Under the pieces are notes generated by a model, which did not search any database, was not told the DNA's origin, and saw only the letters and a list, made by a program, of their open reading frames with translations. A DNA stretch of 64,000 nucleotides from positions 255,630,055 through 255,694,054 of the forward strand of contig NC_133622.1 in assembly GCF_048593235.1 (NCBI RefSeq), read 5' to 3'. This DNA is from Sminthopsis crassicaudata (Eukaryota). Below, piece after piece: positions 40,383 through 52,194 of the stretch. Position 1 is the stretch's first letter. Every line of letters begins with the position of its first letter. The translations under genes were made by a program, and so were the position numbers.

Positions 40383-43300
40383 CTACTCTTTGTCCAGCAC
40401 TCTGGATGAAGTCCCCGGGAGGCAGAGGCGACACAGGAATCTCGTTTTCCAATCTTCCTCACCGTGCTCCCTCCTCACACACATGTGGTGAACCCAGCCC
40501 CGGCAGGACTCGCACTGCAGCTGCAAGGCGGGACGGGGTCACCGGGCGGCTCGGAAGGGAGCTCAGCCCAGGCACCCCCTGCATGACGCTGCCTCATCCT
40601 TGTGCCTGGAACAGCCCCGGGCTCCCCATCTTCTCTCCTCAGGGCTGGAGCTTCCCCGGCCCATCAGAGGAGAATCCGCGCCTCTGCCCCCTCCCCGCCG
40701 GAATCCGGCTCACCATGGTGAAGACGTCGCTGTTGCCCTCGTCAGTGAGCCGGTTGCAGTAGGAGCACGTGTCCTCCATGGTGACCGTCACCATGGGGCC
40801 CTTGTCCTGTTTCTGGGCGCTGTCCGGGGCCTCTGGGAGGCTGTCAAACGTGGACCAGATGTCGGTGTCCGAGTCCTCGGAGGAAGAGTCCTCCAGGCTG
40901 TCCAGGTATTCTTCATCTTCGTCTTCCTCATCCTAGGTGTGCAAAGGCAGCCACGTAGGGAGCTTCCCGGACTCTAATTTTTGCTCCTGAACTTAAAATA
41001 CCACGAGGGAGCATTTCCCCACCCCCCCGGACGGACCACCACAAAATTCCATTTACACCCCGTGGTTCGGGGGGGTGTTCGTTTGCTGAGGCAGTTGGGG
41101 CTAAGTGACTTGCCCAGAGTCACACAACCAAGCAGTGGGAGCAGATTTGAACTCAGGCCCTGACTTGGGGGCGGGCGCTCTACGCTCTGCGCCACCCAGC
41201 TGCCCGCCCATTGATTTTTAAAAACGAATTCCCCGATTTGCATTTTTGTACACAGCTGCAGCAACATCCGGGGCCTGGGCTGCGGGCGCTGGAATTGTGG
41301 TACCAGCCCCCACTGCAAGGGGCCAAAGGCTCCATACGGGGACTTTTCTGCGTTACATCAGGACAGCCTGCTGGGCCAAAGCCCTGGGCAGCCTCCAGTC
41401 CGGAGGCCAGGATTGCCGCCCTTTTGGGCCCTTCAGTCTCCTCGTCTATGAAGCGCTTCCTCCTACCAAGCCTTTTCCTAGAAGTCGGGGAGCACAGAGA
41501 AAGGGGCGAGAGGACTGTCCCTATGTGATCAAGGGGGCGCAGGGAATCAGCCAGGTGCCGGGGCAAAGGAAGAGCCAGAGGGCCGGAGCCCCATGCCAGC
41601 GGGCTCCGGCCTCTCCCCGAGCCCCTCCACCTGCACAGGAACATGGAAGCCTGGACGGCAGCCCTGGTAGGGCAGGTGAGGGGGGGACGGAAGGGGCTGC
41701 CCCTCCCCCACGCCCGGTCCACTGTCTATCTCCTTCCCTTCTGCAAACAGTGTGGTGGGGTTCCCTCATCGAGGGGTGAGGGGTGGGCCACTCACGTTGT
41801 ACGAGTCCCGATTCTGCAGAAAGAGGATCTTCTGGAGCTGCAGGTCCCAGTCCACCTGGTTCAGGTTCACCACCAGGGAGAGCAGGCTGCAAAAGGAAGG
41901 GGCAGGGGGGGAGCGTGCATCCCCAGGTCACGGGAAGGGGCAGCCGTGGGGAAGGACCGCCCCGGGAGAGCCCAGCACCAACCCCTCCGCCCCCCTGGAT
42001 CGGACTCTGATCCAAAGGCGAAAGACCGAGTCTGGAGTCTGGGCAGCCTGACGTTGAATTGTGGCGCGTACCTCTGCCCGTGTGGGATAAGGGGCAAAGA
42101 GACCCCTGAACTACCTGGCCCCCTCCCCGTGTGAGAGAAACACCCGAGGAGCCTTTGGGCCCAAGCAGGGGAGCTCTCTGAAGGCCGGACTTCCCATCCC
42201 CCAGGGCAAGCCCTGGAGACGGTGGGGCCCCGAACCTCCAGTCTCGCTCGCCCCAGGGGTGGGAGCCTTGGAGAAAATGCCGGGCTGGGCCCCTCCACAC
42301 CCAGACAGCCCCGAGGTTACCAGGGCGGAGCCCGGGGGAAGAGCTGCAGGCCCCAGGCCGAGCCACCCCCAGGAAGCGGAGATCCTCCCCAGCCCCACCT
42401 TACCTGCGCACAAACGAGTTGGTCTTCTCCAGGAGCCCGTGCGCCTGGGGGTGATACACGACGATCAGGTCGCACTTGATTTTTGTTTCTGCTCTCAGGA
42501 TTTGATTGAGCTGCAAGAGCGGGTGGGAGGGGAAGGACAAGGGGCCGCCGGGAGGCAAGGGGACCCTGGGTGCTTATCGGTTCCACACCACAGGAGGGCG
42601 GTCGGGGCGCTCAAGCTCCCTACGTCCCAGAAACCGCCCCCTAAATACCAGGAGCTTCCACTGCCAGGCTGGCGTCTCCCACCCTGGGGCCCGCCAGACC
42701 GACCCGAGCCTCGTCTCCCCCCTCCCCTCCCTCTGACTGCTGAGACCCTTTCTACCCGGTCTCGTGCTGACAAGACCCCGCTGCCCCCATTACCCAGCTG
42801 GCCCTGCCCCCCCCCCCCCACGCCCGGCATCGGGGCCGCCTCCGCACCTGCTGGACAAACCCGCCGCACTGGGTGCTGACGATCCTCTCCGGGAAGCCGA
42901 AGCGGTACACCAGCTTGAGGATCTGCTCGGCCGTCTCCTCGGGGGAGCAGGTCTTCATGGGGGCGACCTCCACCCAGCGCGTGTAGTGGTCCACGACCAC
43001 GAAGATGAAGCGCGCTCCCCTGGCCGTCTGCTTCATGGGCCCCACCAGCTGGAGGCCCACCAAGTGGAAGAGGCCCCGGGCCTGGGGGCGAAGAGTACGG
43101 TCAGGGGAGGAGCTGCAGCTGGCAGCCGGCGGGCACTACCAGCATGTTTGCCAGGCCCAGAGACGGCTCGGAAGGGGACTCTGGTGGAGGTGCTTGGGAG
43201 CTGGGAGCCAGCAAGCCTGGGGTCCAGACTGATGGTCCGCCCTCCTAAGGGCTCGATTTCTTCATCTGAACCCCCAGCTGGTACTGTGGCAAGGCTGAGG

Positions 43301-46300
43301 GCACAGAGCCCGCAGCTCCGAACCCTGGCACCGACCAGCTGTGTGAGTCTAGCGGCCTTGCCACGGGAGTTCCAGGGCCTCGGGGTGCAAGCTCAGGGCC
43401 CTGGACAACCCTCTTCCCCAAGGATGTTGCCGCCAGCCCGGCTTCCCGAGCTTCTCCGTGCCATCCCCTCTCCCCACCCGGGCACAGACAAGAAGGGACC
43501 CCTCCTTCTGATGCCCATCGAGAAACAAATGCACTTCTGCCAAAGGCTGCCCTCCCCTCCTCCCCACAGAGAACTGGGAGCTCACTGAGGCAGGGGCGCC
43601 TCCGTCTGCTCCATGCCCGCTCTGAGCCTGGTGCAGGCCCACAGTCCATGGGGGTGAGTCCTACAAGGCCCCCTTCACCCACTTATCTTCGGGTGTGTTA
43701 AGTAGGACTCTGTCAAAGGGATGAGAACCCAGTCCTGGGGGGGGGCCACTTTGGGGGGGACCCCCTTCTTCACAGCCCCCGGTCCCGTTCTTAGTACACC
43801 TGGCACCCAACAAGGTACCTGGGCCGCAGGGAGCTCCCTTCGGGATTGGGGGGGCTGCTTCTTGGCCTTCAGCAACAAGGGCGGCTCCTTCAGCTCGGTC
43901 GTCGGCCCGTCTTTCTTGGGAGCGCGGGCCAGCTTGACTTTCTTGAAGGACTCGGTTTCCCCAACCTGTGAGGACGAAGCTCAAGGCTGGGGCCCCGCCT
44001 GGCCAGGCGGGCATCTGGCCCAGGGGGAAAGTGCCATTCTTGAGGGGACCCTGAGGCTGCTACTTCCCTGCTTTTAGAGGGGCAGACGCGGGCAGGGAGT
44101 CCCCAGCCGCGGCCCCTGAGCCCACTTACCTTGTTAGCTCGGGTTTCCTTCTCTGCCAACTTGTCCTTCTGGCATTTCTTACACTCCTTGACCTGGAAGG
44201 GGGAGGACCGTCAGGCTTTCAGGCTGGGCCGCCTGACCTTCCCAACCTTCTCCTCCCCCTCCCCCTCCCCCTCCTCTCCCTCCTCTCTAGACCGAGGATT
44301 CTGTTTGCATCTTTGGCTGTTTTATTAAACAATTTACCTTTTGAAAGGCGGCTGGGAAAAGTCTGCCCAGACCCACAACTAACATCCCTAGGACAGGCAA
44401 CAATATTCCCATTTTACAGCTGGAGAAACTGAGGCTCACAGAATCTAGTGCCTTGCCAAGGTGGCGCCGGCAGCAAGTGCGAGTCAGCCCCAGCTCCCAG
44501 TCCGGGCGGCCGTGGCGGGCAGCAGGGTCCCTGAGGGTGCAGCCCACCCAGGGGCGCTGGGCCTCTGCCCAGGCGGAGTCTCTGCGGGGCTGAGCTGCCT
44601 TAAAGGCAGGAGAGGACGTGCTCCCAAAGGATATCAGGAGCCAAGGGTCAGCCGGGGCTGGGCTCGCTCTCCAGAGGCGGGGATTACCCAGAGGGGGGGG
44701 GGGGTCTCCAAGCGGGGTCGGAGGCTCAGAACTTTCAGGATGGAACGTTGGCGCCTCTAACGAGTAAGATCTAGAAACACCCAGGACGAGCCCGAGGAGC
44801 CCGATTCCCACAAATGTCAGAACCGCGGGGGGGGGGGGGGGGGGGCAGGTGATGGCCCGTGAGCTAAGGGGAGCCGGGGCCCCTCGAGGCGCAGGTTTGG
44901 GGGGAGGGCCGGCAGCCTCGCTGCTACATCCATGGCAACCATTGGCCCAGTCCCAACCTTGAGGCCGCGGCTTCTCGGAGCAGCTCCTGTCACAGCAGGG
45001 GGAGGGAGGGCGCTGGTTCTGGGCCTGCGCCCCAGCCCTCGCCCGGCTCTTGGGAACAACCCCAAAATCAGAGGCCTCGGGGGAGGGGAGAGCGCGACCC
45101 TTAGAGGGTAAGGGGGGGCCCAAGACCAAAGAAGTTAGAGAAGTGCCCCCGGCTCCTGAAGGACCCTCAGCCGCTCCTCCCCGCGGGAGCAGCCAGGAGG
45201 GGGACTTTGCAGAGGCCTCAGGCAGTGACTGCCCTCTCCCCCGGCTCCCTGGCGGGGGGCAGAGCCCGGACAGCTGCCTGCCCCCATTAGGGGCAGCTTC
45301 TGCAGCGGGAAGTGGGCTTTGCCCAGGGAACAAGACAAGGGAAGGAAGGAGGCCCCGCCCCCACTTCCCAGTGGCCTCTGGCTCTTAGGTCAATTTAAAT
45401 TTTAAATAGGAACCGTGGGCCCAAAAGAAACAAGGGAGGATGGGGAAGGACCAGGGACAGCTGGGATTCCTTTCCTGGCCTCCACTTACGAGCTCAGCCG
45501 GCCCACTTTGCAGCCCCCTCCCCAGCACCGGCGCAAGGTTTGAATGGACAGGATTTGGGTCAAGAGGCGGTTCCAGGTCTCTGGGCACATACATTTTAAC
45601 CCATTCGGGACCGCCTGCCATGGGGGAGGGGGGGAGTTGGAACAGAAGGCTTCGCGAGGGTCAGTGCTGAAAAGTTACCCAGGCATGTCTTGTGTAGGAA
45701 AGCGGGGCGCAGCTAGTGGGGGGGTGGATGGAGCACCAGGCCTGGGGTCAGGAGGAGCCGAGTTCCGATCCCACCTTATACAGGACTTCCTGCTGCGTGA
45801 CCCCAAGCGCCTCAGCAGAAAGACTTGTTTCCAAGAGGCAGTTCTGGCAGGGGCAGGGACCAGCGAACGTCCTTAAAGGCCCGGCTGAGCCCCTCAGCCC
45901 AGGCCCCCCCCCCCTGCGCAGCCAGTATTTTCAGAGAGTAAAAAGGGTCCAACTACCACGAAGGAGGGAGGGCGGCAGCCTGGGGCCCCTTCTCCGCAGC
46001 TGTTCCAACGCCCCCCAAAACAGGAGCCCGGAGGAAAGCAAATGCAGGAATCTCCGGGGTCACGTTAAGCTACCGGGTCAGAGCCCCAAGTTCAGAAACC
46101 CTGGGGGGGGGCGGGGATAAATGGCTCCACTGGAGCAGCGGGAGCCGGGCTGGGCCACTCTCTGCCCCCACCGGCCGCTGGAAGGTTTTAGGCTGGGGGG
46201 GGTTTATGCCAAGTTGGCCCCGGTTCCGCCCTCCCCGCGGCCTGGGATTTGGGGGGAAGGCCAAGGCAGAGGGCGGCTCCCCAAAGAGGAAACCTGCCTC

Positions 46301-48144
46301 CCAGAGGAGTCCCAGCACTGGGGTCTGAAGCCCCTCTCCCCCCCACCCCCCCCCCCGGCGAGCTCTAGTTACCCATTTCCGGGAGTCGTAAACCACCCCG
46401 GGCCAGTAGTAGGACTTGGTGACATTGCCCCCGGTCTTGCGGATGCCCAGGTGCCCCCGCTCGGAGATGTGGGCCTCCAGGAACGCCTGCCTCTTCTCCT
46501 CCAAAGTAAAAAGGATCTTCTGCTTCTTCCCTCGGCCCTTGTAGTAAAGGTGATTCCCTGGCGAAAGAGCCAAAGCCCAGAGCGGCCGCGTGAGACCCCG
46601 GAGCTCCCCAGCCACCCCCACCCCCGTGACCTTGGCCCTTGACCTCGGCCCCCTCGTTCAGGAAGCATCGGATTGCCAAGGCCACGGGCACTGTCAGGCC
46701 CGGACTTGAGGAGGAGGATCCCCGGGGTCCTGATTACCTAGCAACCCCCCCCCCCAAAGACTGCACGGCAAAAAGCACTTAGCAGCCTGGTCCTGCCTTC
46801 AATGCCCTCCCGCTGAAAGGGGGGGGCGATAGGTGAGGGCAAAATAGGGGGGGGGGTCAGAATAGAGCCAGATTTGCCCCTTTGAGGCTTTTAGATGGTG
46901 GCTCAGGGGCAGCGCTTTCTTCGAGAGGAAGCCCAGCTGTCACCCCTTCCTCCCGGGGGAGCCTGGGACCTACCTCTGGGCCTTTGTGCCAGACATTAGC
47001 CCACAGTTCCGATCCATTTAAAAACCTGGCTGAGTGACCCTGGGCAAGTCACTTAACCCCCGCTGCCCCGGCGCAAAAAGTTAAAAACCAGGGAAGCAGG
47101 TGGAGGCGGCTGGGGAGGGGGGAGGGGGTTCAGAGAGGCAGGAAGGCGGGAGGAGCCCAGCCCCCAGGGGGGAGATGATAAAGTGGTTTAGTGGCCCTTG
47201 ATTGCTGCCTTTTATTATGTCAATGGCCTCCTAATGCGCTCCGCCCCCGCTCAATTTTCCCGCTCAATTTTCCCCCTCAGCCCAGTGAATCAGCCCCGGC
47301 CTCCCTCCCTCTCCCGGGGCCCAGACTTCAGAAGGGCTGAGTCCTGGGGGGGGGGCCTTATTCCCTACCCCAACACACACACAGCGCCCTACAAATCACC
47401 CCCATCTCCTGCTCTCAGAATCGCCCGGACTCCCCCACAGCCAGTCCCAGAGGGGCCCCCATTATTTCCTTTTCCATCTGGACGCCCCCAAAGACCGTCC
47501 ATCAGTCCGGAAGCGGCCCCTCCTGGGGGCTCCGGGCCGTCCCCACCGGCCACCTCCCTTCAGGGGCAGCAGGGCATTTGAGCCCCTTCCCGCCCGCCTC
47601 TCCTCGGACTCCTCCCCCAAGCTTCCCACAGTGCCCCCAGGACACCCACAGGAGCCAGCTCGGCGGGGCACCAGCCTTTGAAAGTCCCAGAAGCTGGGGA
47701 GCAGCCGGGCTGGAGGTGCAAAGAGGGCCGGGAGGCTGGAGGACCCCTGGACTTCCGGCCACAGGTGAGGGCGGGAGGGAGCTCCCTGACCTAGTCTAGG
47801 AGGAATCAGGGACTGGGGGAGGGGCGGGGAGGGAAGGCCATCCAAGGTCAAGTTCTGGGACCAGAGAGAGGGCAAGAGGGAAACACTGACCTTCCTGAAA
47901 GAAATTCGCCTTCTGCAGCAGCTGCCTCCGCAGAGCCTCCGGGGAAGAGCCGGCCTTCAAAAGCTGCAGAGCCGTGGCCTGGCGGGAAAGAAGCAGCGGG
48001 TCGGGGAGTGGGGGGCTGGGGGCCCTGACCTGGCAGCCCCCTGATAGCCGGCTCCCCTGGCGGCCGGGGCCCCCAGACCTGCGGCATGCTCCCCCTCTGC
48101 ACCCTGCACCCGCTCACCTGCCGCTCCCTCCGAAGGGACTCCAT
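40383..48144 (-). CDS. Integrase-PHD gene, copy B: Gypsy/GIN-like HHCC + integrase core (degenerate triad) + acidic region + PHD finger; 10 coding exons, 432 aa
   Basis: Exons (-): 48144-48118 MESLRRERQ; 47978-47891; 46557-46373 (EAH...GHLGIRKT...SYYWPG); 44192-44130 (VKECKKCQ); 43965-43819 (basic linker); 43081-42848 (GLQLVGP...VVVDHYTRWVE...GFPERIVSTQCGGF); 42510-42404 (YHPQAHGLLEKTN); 41886-41796 (DWDLQL); 40932-40714 (acidic, TCSYC); 40520-40383 (LQCESCRGWVHHMC...FLCRLC...*). All introns are GT-AG, phases match, sum 1299 nt, no internal stop. The first exon is the least certain. Confidence 0.85.
41090..41205 (-). mobile_element. Marsupial SINE fragment in the last-but-one intron of copy B
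   Basis: Reverse-complement SINE motifs AAGTGACTTGCCCAG...ATTTGAACTCAGG...CCAGCTGCCC. Confidence 0.7.
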
Positions 48145-48187
48145 CCTCGCAGTCTCAGCTGATGGGCAGCAGCCGCCAGCCCGGGCC

Positions 48188-48196
48188 TTATTTAAA
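48188..48196 (-). promoter_or_regulatory. TATA-like element (TTTAAATAA) upstream of copy B first exon
   Basis: About 45 bp upstream of an ATG in strong Kozak context (gcgaggATGG at 48144), in otherwise GC-rich DNA. Confidence 0.4.
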
Positions 48197-48549
48197 GCAA
48201 GGGGGCTGCCTCTTCACTCCCCCCAGCCCCGCCCCCACCAGTCCTACCCATCCCCCTCACCACCGTCCCCTTCCTGCTCCTGCCGCAGCACGGCCGGCCC
48301 ATCTTGTTGGGACCCAGGAGCCCAAAGGAAGTGTATTCCCCCAGAAGCCTCCTCGACACTGCTGGGGGGGGAGGAGGCTCCCCAAGGTCCTCCCCAGCTG
48401 GCCAGGCCTCTGGACTCTGCTGCCTGAAGGGAGAGCAAGACTTTGGGCAGCTCTGCCCGCTTAAAAATTTACCGGGAAGCCGGGACAAGGCTCTGAAAGG
48501 GAGGCTGGGCGAAGGGAGGCTGGGCTGGGCTCTCATTCCTATTGCTCAG

Positions 48550-48750
48550 TGATAAATGGCTGCACCCAGAGAAAGAACCACAACTCGGCATTTGCCCTCC
48601 TGTTGTTCTCTTGCATTTTGTTTTCCTTCCCAGGTTATTTTTACCTTCTTTCTAAATCTTTTTTTGTGCAACAAGAGAACTGTATAAAAATGTACCCACA
48701 TATTGCATTTAACTTATACCTTAACATGTTTAACCAAAAAAAGAAGAAAT
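48550..48750 (+). mobile_element. Truncated LINE-1 3' UTR fragment just upstream of the copy B promoter
   Basis: AT-rich island TTTTTGTGCAACAAGAGAACTGTATAAA...TATTGCATTTAACTTATAC ending in an A-rich tail, within GC-rich DNA. Confidence 0.55.
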
Positions 48751-50397
48751 AACTGAGGAAAGGAGAAAGGAGGCTGGAGGACTCCCGGCTTTGCTCCGGC
48801 CCCAGCTCCTCCCGGCTTCCCCTGCTCTCCCAGCTCCTCCTCCTCCTCGGGCCTTTGAGCTCCCCAAGCCTTTACTCCCCTGTCCCCTTTCCCCCAAAGC
48901 GCCTCCGTGCTGGCCACAGCCCACCTCCCCTCGGCCGGGCGCACCCTGACCTGGCGGGGCCCCCTTGTCCAGCGCCGAACCAGGCCGCCCCTGGCCGGGC
49001 CCCCTCCCCTCCAGGCTCTCATTTTGAGGCTCGAGGTGCATCAGGGCCACAGGATTTGAGTGTGATGGGACCTGGGCCAGCAACTCCCCATATTCCCGGG
49101 ACAAGTGGGGGCCTAGCCCCTCCCCCCAGGGCAGCCTTCCCAACATCAAGTGGGCCTCTGAGCCCTCCCCTCCAGGAGGACGTGGTCCTCGCACCCCAGG
49201 ACAGCCATCTTGCCTTCTCCAGTCCCTGGGCCCTTCCTCCCAGGCTGACCCGTCCATTCCACCTCCTCCAGCCCCTCTTGTCATCCTCTCTCTGACCTCT
49301 GGACACTTTCTGCGCCTACAAACAGGCTTGTGCTCTCCCGCCCTCAAAGAGCCCCCATCCCCGCGCGTCCTGTCCCCTCCTTCCCCTTTTTGCCTTGCGA
49401 AAGACTGGGCGGATTTGTAGCCGGCTGGCCTGGGAGACAGCACTCCTCTGGCCCCGGGGTACATGGGGGGGTCTTGTGGGCCCCCCTCAGGGTCACCTCA
49501 GCAGAGGAGCGGACTCAGCTGCCCCCCCCTTCCCCATTACTGGGTTCCTATTGCAGTGAAGGAATGAGGACTTTGTTTTCTCTGCCAAAAAAAAAAAAAA
49601 ATGTTCTTTGATGTAGAAATTAGACTAATTGGGGGTCGCCTCCCCAAGACAATGGGGAGAGAATCCAGAGCCCTCCCTTGGCCTCCCTGAGCGGCCTCAG
49701 GTCAGTGACTTACCTGCCCAGGTGTAGGCAGCCTCCAGCATGAGCTGTCGGGTCTGCAAAGCGCCCCACTGAACTGGCGCTGCTGGGGCCCCTTGGACGG
49801 ATGAGGGAGTGGCGGCAGGTTAGGGGATTTTCTCAGGGTCCCGGAGCCTCGGAATTCAGGCCTTCCTGCCGCGAGCTTCCGCCCCCTCCTGGAGGAGCCC
49901 CTGCTGCTTAGAGGAGGGTCCCTTGCAGCCCAAACCTCAGCCCCTCTGGGAGGGATCCGCAAACTGGCCAAGAGTCAATGCTCGAGGTTTTGTGGGCGCA
50001 GAGACAACAGCAAGGCTCCGGCAAACCTCCATGGGATTCTTGTAGAGGAAATTAAAAGTGTATAACAAGAACTGAGGCCGCAGGGCTTTTTGGGGGTTTT
50101 TTTGATGTGGATTATTGAGAAGGAAAATTGGGATTCTTTTTGAGAGGAAAACTTTCCGCTTAATTGGGATCCAAAGAGCCAAACCAGGGGCCGGTGTTCC
50201 TGCCGGCGCAGGGACGGAACAAAGGAGCGCGGTGACAGTGATGGAGAATTTCCTGGGGAAAAGCAGCAGGAATCCTTCATCTCAAAGTTAAAGCTCAGGC
50301 AGATTTAATCAAGATTTAGACAAATGGGGAAAGCGCACTTCGAACCGAGCAGCCTAGGTTTACACCATTAGCGCCCGAGGCTGGGAAAGCGGCCGAC

Positions 50398-50483
50398 TCC
50401 TCCTCCTCCTCCTCCTCCTCCTCCTCCTCCTCCTCCTCCTCCTCCTCCTCCTCCTCCTCCTCCTCCTCCTCCTCCTCCTCCTC
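50398..50483. repeat. (CCT)n trinucleotide microsatellite, about 28 units
   Basis: Directly visible, between the two integrase-PHD genes. Confidence 0.95.
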
Positions 50484-51395
50484 CGCTCCCCTTTCCCAGG
50501 GGAAACTCCCCTCGGCGCTCCCCGTTTCCCTTCTAATTGCTCCCCAGAGGCAGGCCCAAGGACAGCCTCCGCACCACCGTCCGGACCGGTTTTCAGAACC
50601 TCTGCTCCTCCTGGGACGGGATGCAGCCCTCGGCAATGTCCTGGCAATCCCGGCTGTAGGAAGGATGCAGGGGAAACCCCAAGGGCAGCGGGGACCCCGA
50701 TACTGTTCAAGAAATCCCTAGGCTCCCCGGCAGTCACCTTAGGATTGGGGCTGCTGAGGGGCCCTGCTTCAGGGGGGCTGGGAGCCTCGTCCTTGGGGGG
50801 GGCCTCTCCCACCTGGGCTCAGACAAGTGCTCGGTATCAGGAGGGGGGGTCCTCAGCCCCATTGCCAAACTCCCCCCCCTCCCGGTGTGGAGTTCTTTTG
50901 TTCTGCCCCTCCCCCCAAGTGGATGTGCCTGCTCTTTGCTCTTTCCTCCCTGGGGATTTAGCCCTCTTTAATGGAAGGTCCGATTAGGAATCACAACTTC
51001 TCTCCACTTAGAGATTGTGGAGACACCAGTCCAGAACCCGTTTGGGGGATCCCCCGTACCCCAACCCTCTGGCTACTACAAACAGACATGTCTGGCCTCT
51101 CAAGCTCCCCTCAATCTGGCTCCGGACGCCTTTCAGACCTGGCCCGCGTCAGGCCGTTCTCACCGATCCCCCCAGTCAGCAAAGCGCCCCCTCTGGTCCC
51201 ATCCCAGGCCGCTCGCCCTCCCTTAAGGCCCCAGCCCCGCCTTGGGCTCCCCCCTCCCCCAATCTCATGGTTACTTGTTTTTAGGGCTCATTCCCAGCCC
51301 TGTCCCAGAGAATCAAGGACCCTCTCACTTTCATCTTTACACCAAAAGTACAGCCGGTGCCAAATAAGTGCTGAACGGTGCCAAATAAGTGCTGG

Positions 51396-51401
51396 TTTAT
51401 T
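51396..51401 (-). terminator. Probable polyadenylation signal of integrase-PHD copy A
   Basis: First AATAAA on - after the stop at 52195 (about 800 nt), followed by a tandemly duplicated CACTTATTTGGCACCG element. Confidence 0.5.
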
Positions 51402-52194
51402 GATAGCAGGACTTTCTGAGACAGCAAGAGGCAGAACACAGCTCCGCGGCCGCAGGGCACAGCGCGGGTCCGCGCCAGGGGACGGAGCCGCCCGGCCGGA
51501 GGGGAGCAGGACGAGCCCAGGCTTCACTCAAGGCCAAGGGGCCGGTTTGGGGCGGCTGAGCTCGGAATAACCGCGGGAGCCGGCGGGAGCGGCCCGTGCC
51601 TGAAAAGGGACGTCAAGGTCACCAAGAGACCCGGAGATTGGGGAGGGGCAGGGCCCAAGTGGCGCCGGGCCCCCTGGGCTCCTCTCAACCCCCCCCTTTC
51701 AGAGCCGCTTCTGAGGCAGGCTCAGCTTCAGGCCCCGCCCTCTCTCTGTGGAGGGGGGGAGTGGGGGGGGTTGTGTTGTTGTGGGGGGGGGGCGGCACAC
51801 ACTGTCCCGGCCATCCCGGTTCTCTGCCTCTGTCAGCCTAAGGCTTGCATGTCCCCTAGTTGTCTGGTGATGACTTAGCAGGTCATGGGGGGAGGGGGAG
51901 GCTGTGCGGGAGCAGCGCGGGTCGGGGTTCCGGGGGCCGCAGGGAGGCCCTCTGCCAGACCTTTCCTGTCTCTGGGGGATGATCGCTGGAGGAAAGGCAG
52001 AGCCGGAGGAGGAAGGCCCCTGAGCCCCCCCCCCCAGCCAGAGGGCAGCCCAGGGTGATAGTCTGGGACCAGCCAGCAGAGGGAGCCGGGCCTGGGGAGG
52101 GGGAACACGAGCAGAAAGCCCCCCCACGTTGGCCCCCCCAGCTGCTCGGGGCCCCGGGCCCAGCCCCCGGACTCACCCCCGCGGTGCCGCTGCG

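Noticed and set aside
41290-41480. Extra copy B exon (RKRLGRRKRFIDEE...) suggested by the ORF track
   Set aside because: The available acceptor would need phase 2 while the flanking exons join directly in phase 0; in phase 0 it hits a stop.
46627-46691. ALAIRCFLNEG segment as an upstream exon of copy B
   Set aside because: Weak donor, and the exon at 47978-47891 is clearly homologous to copy A exon 1 and has the correct phase.
50316-50812. Poly-Glu and poly-Arg ORFs
   Set aside because: Translations of the (CCT)n microsatellite with no supporting gene structure.
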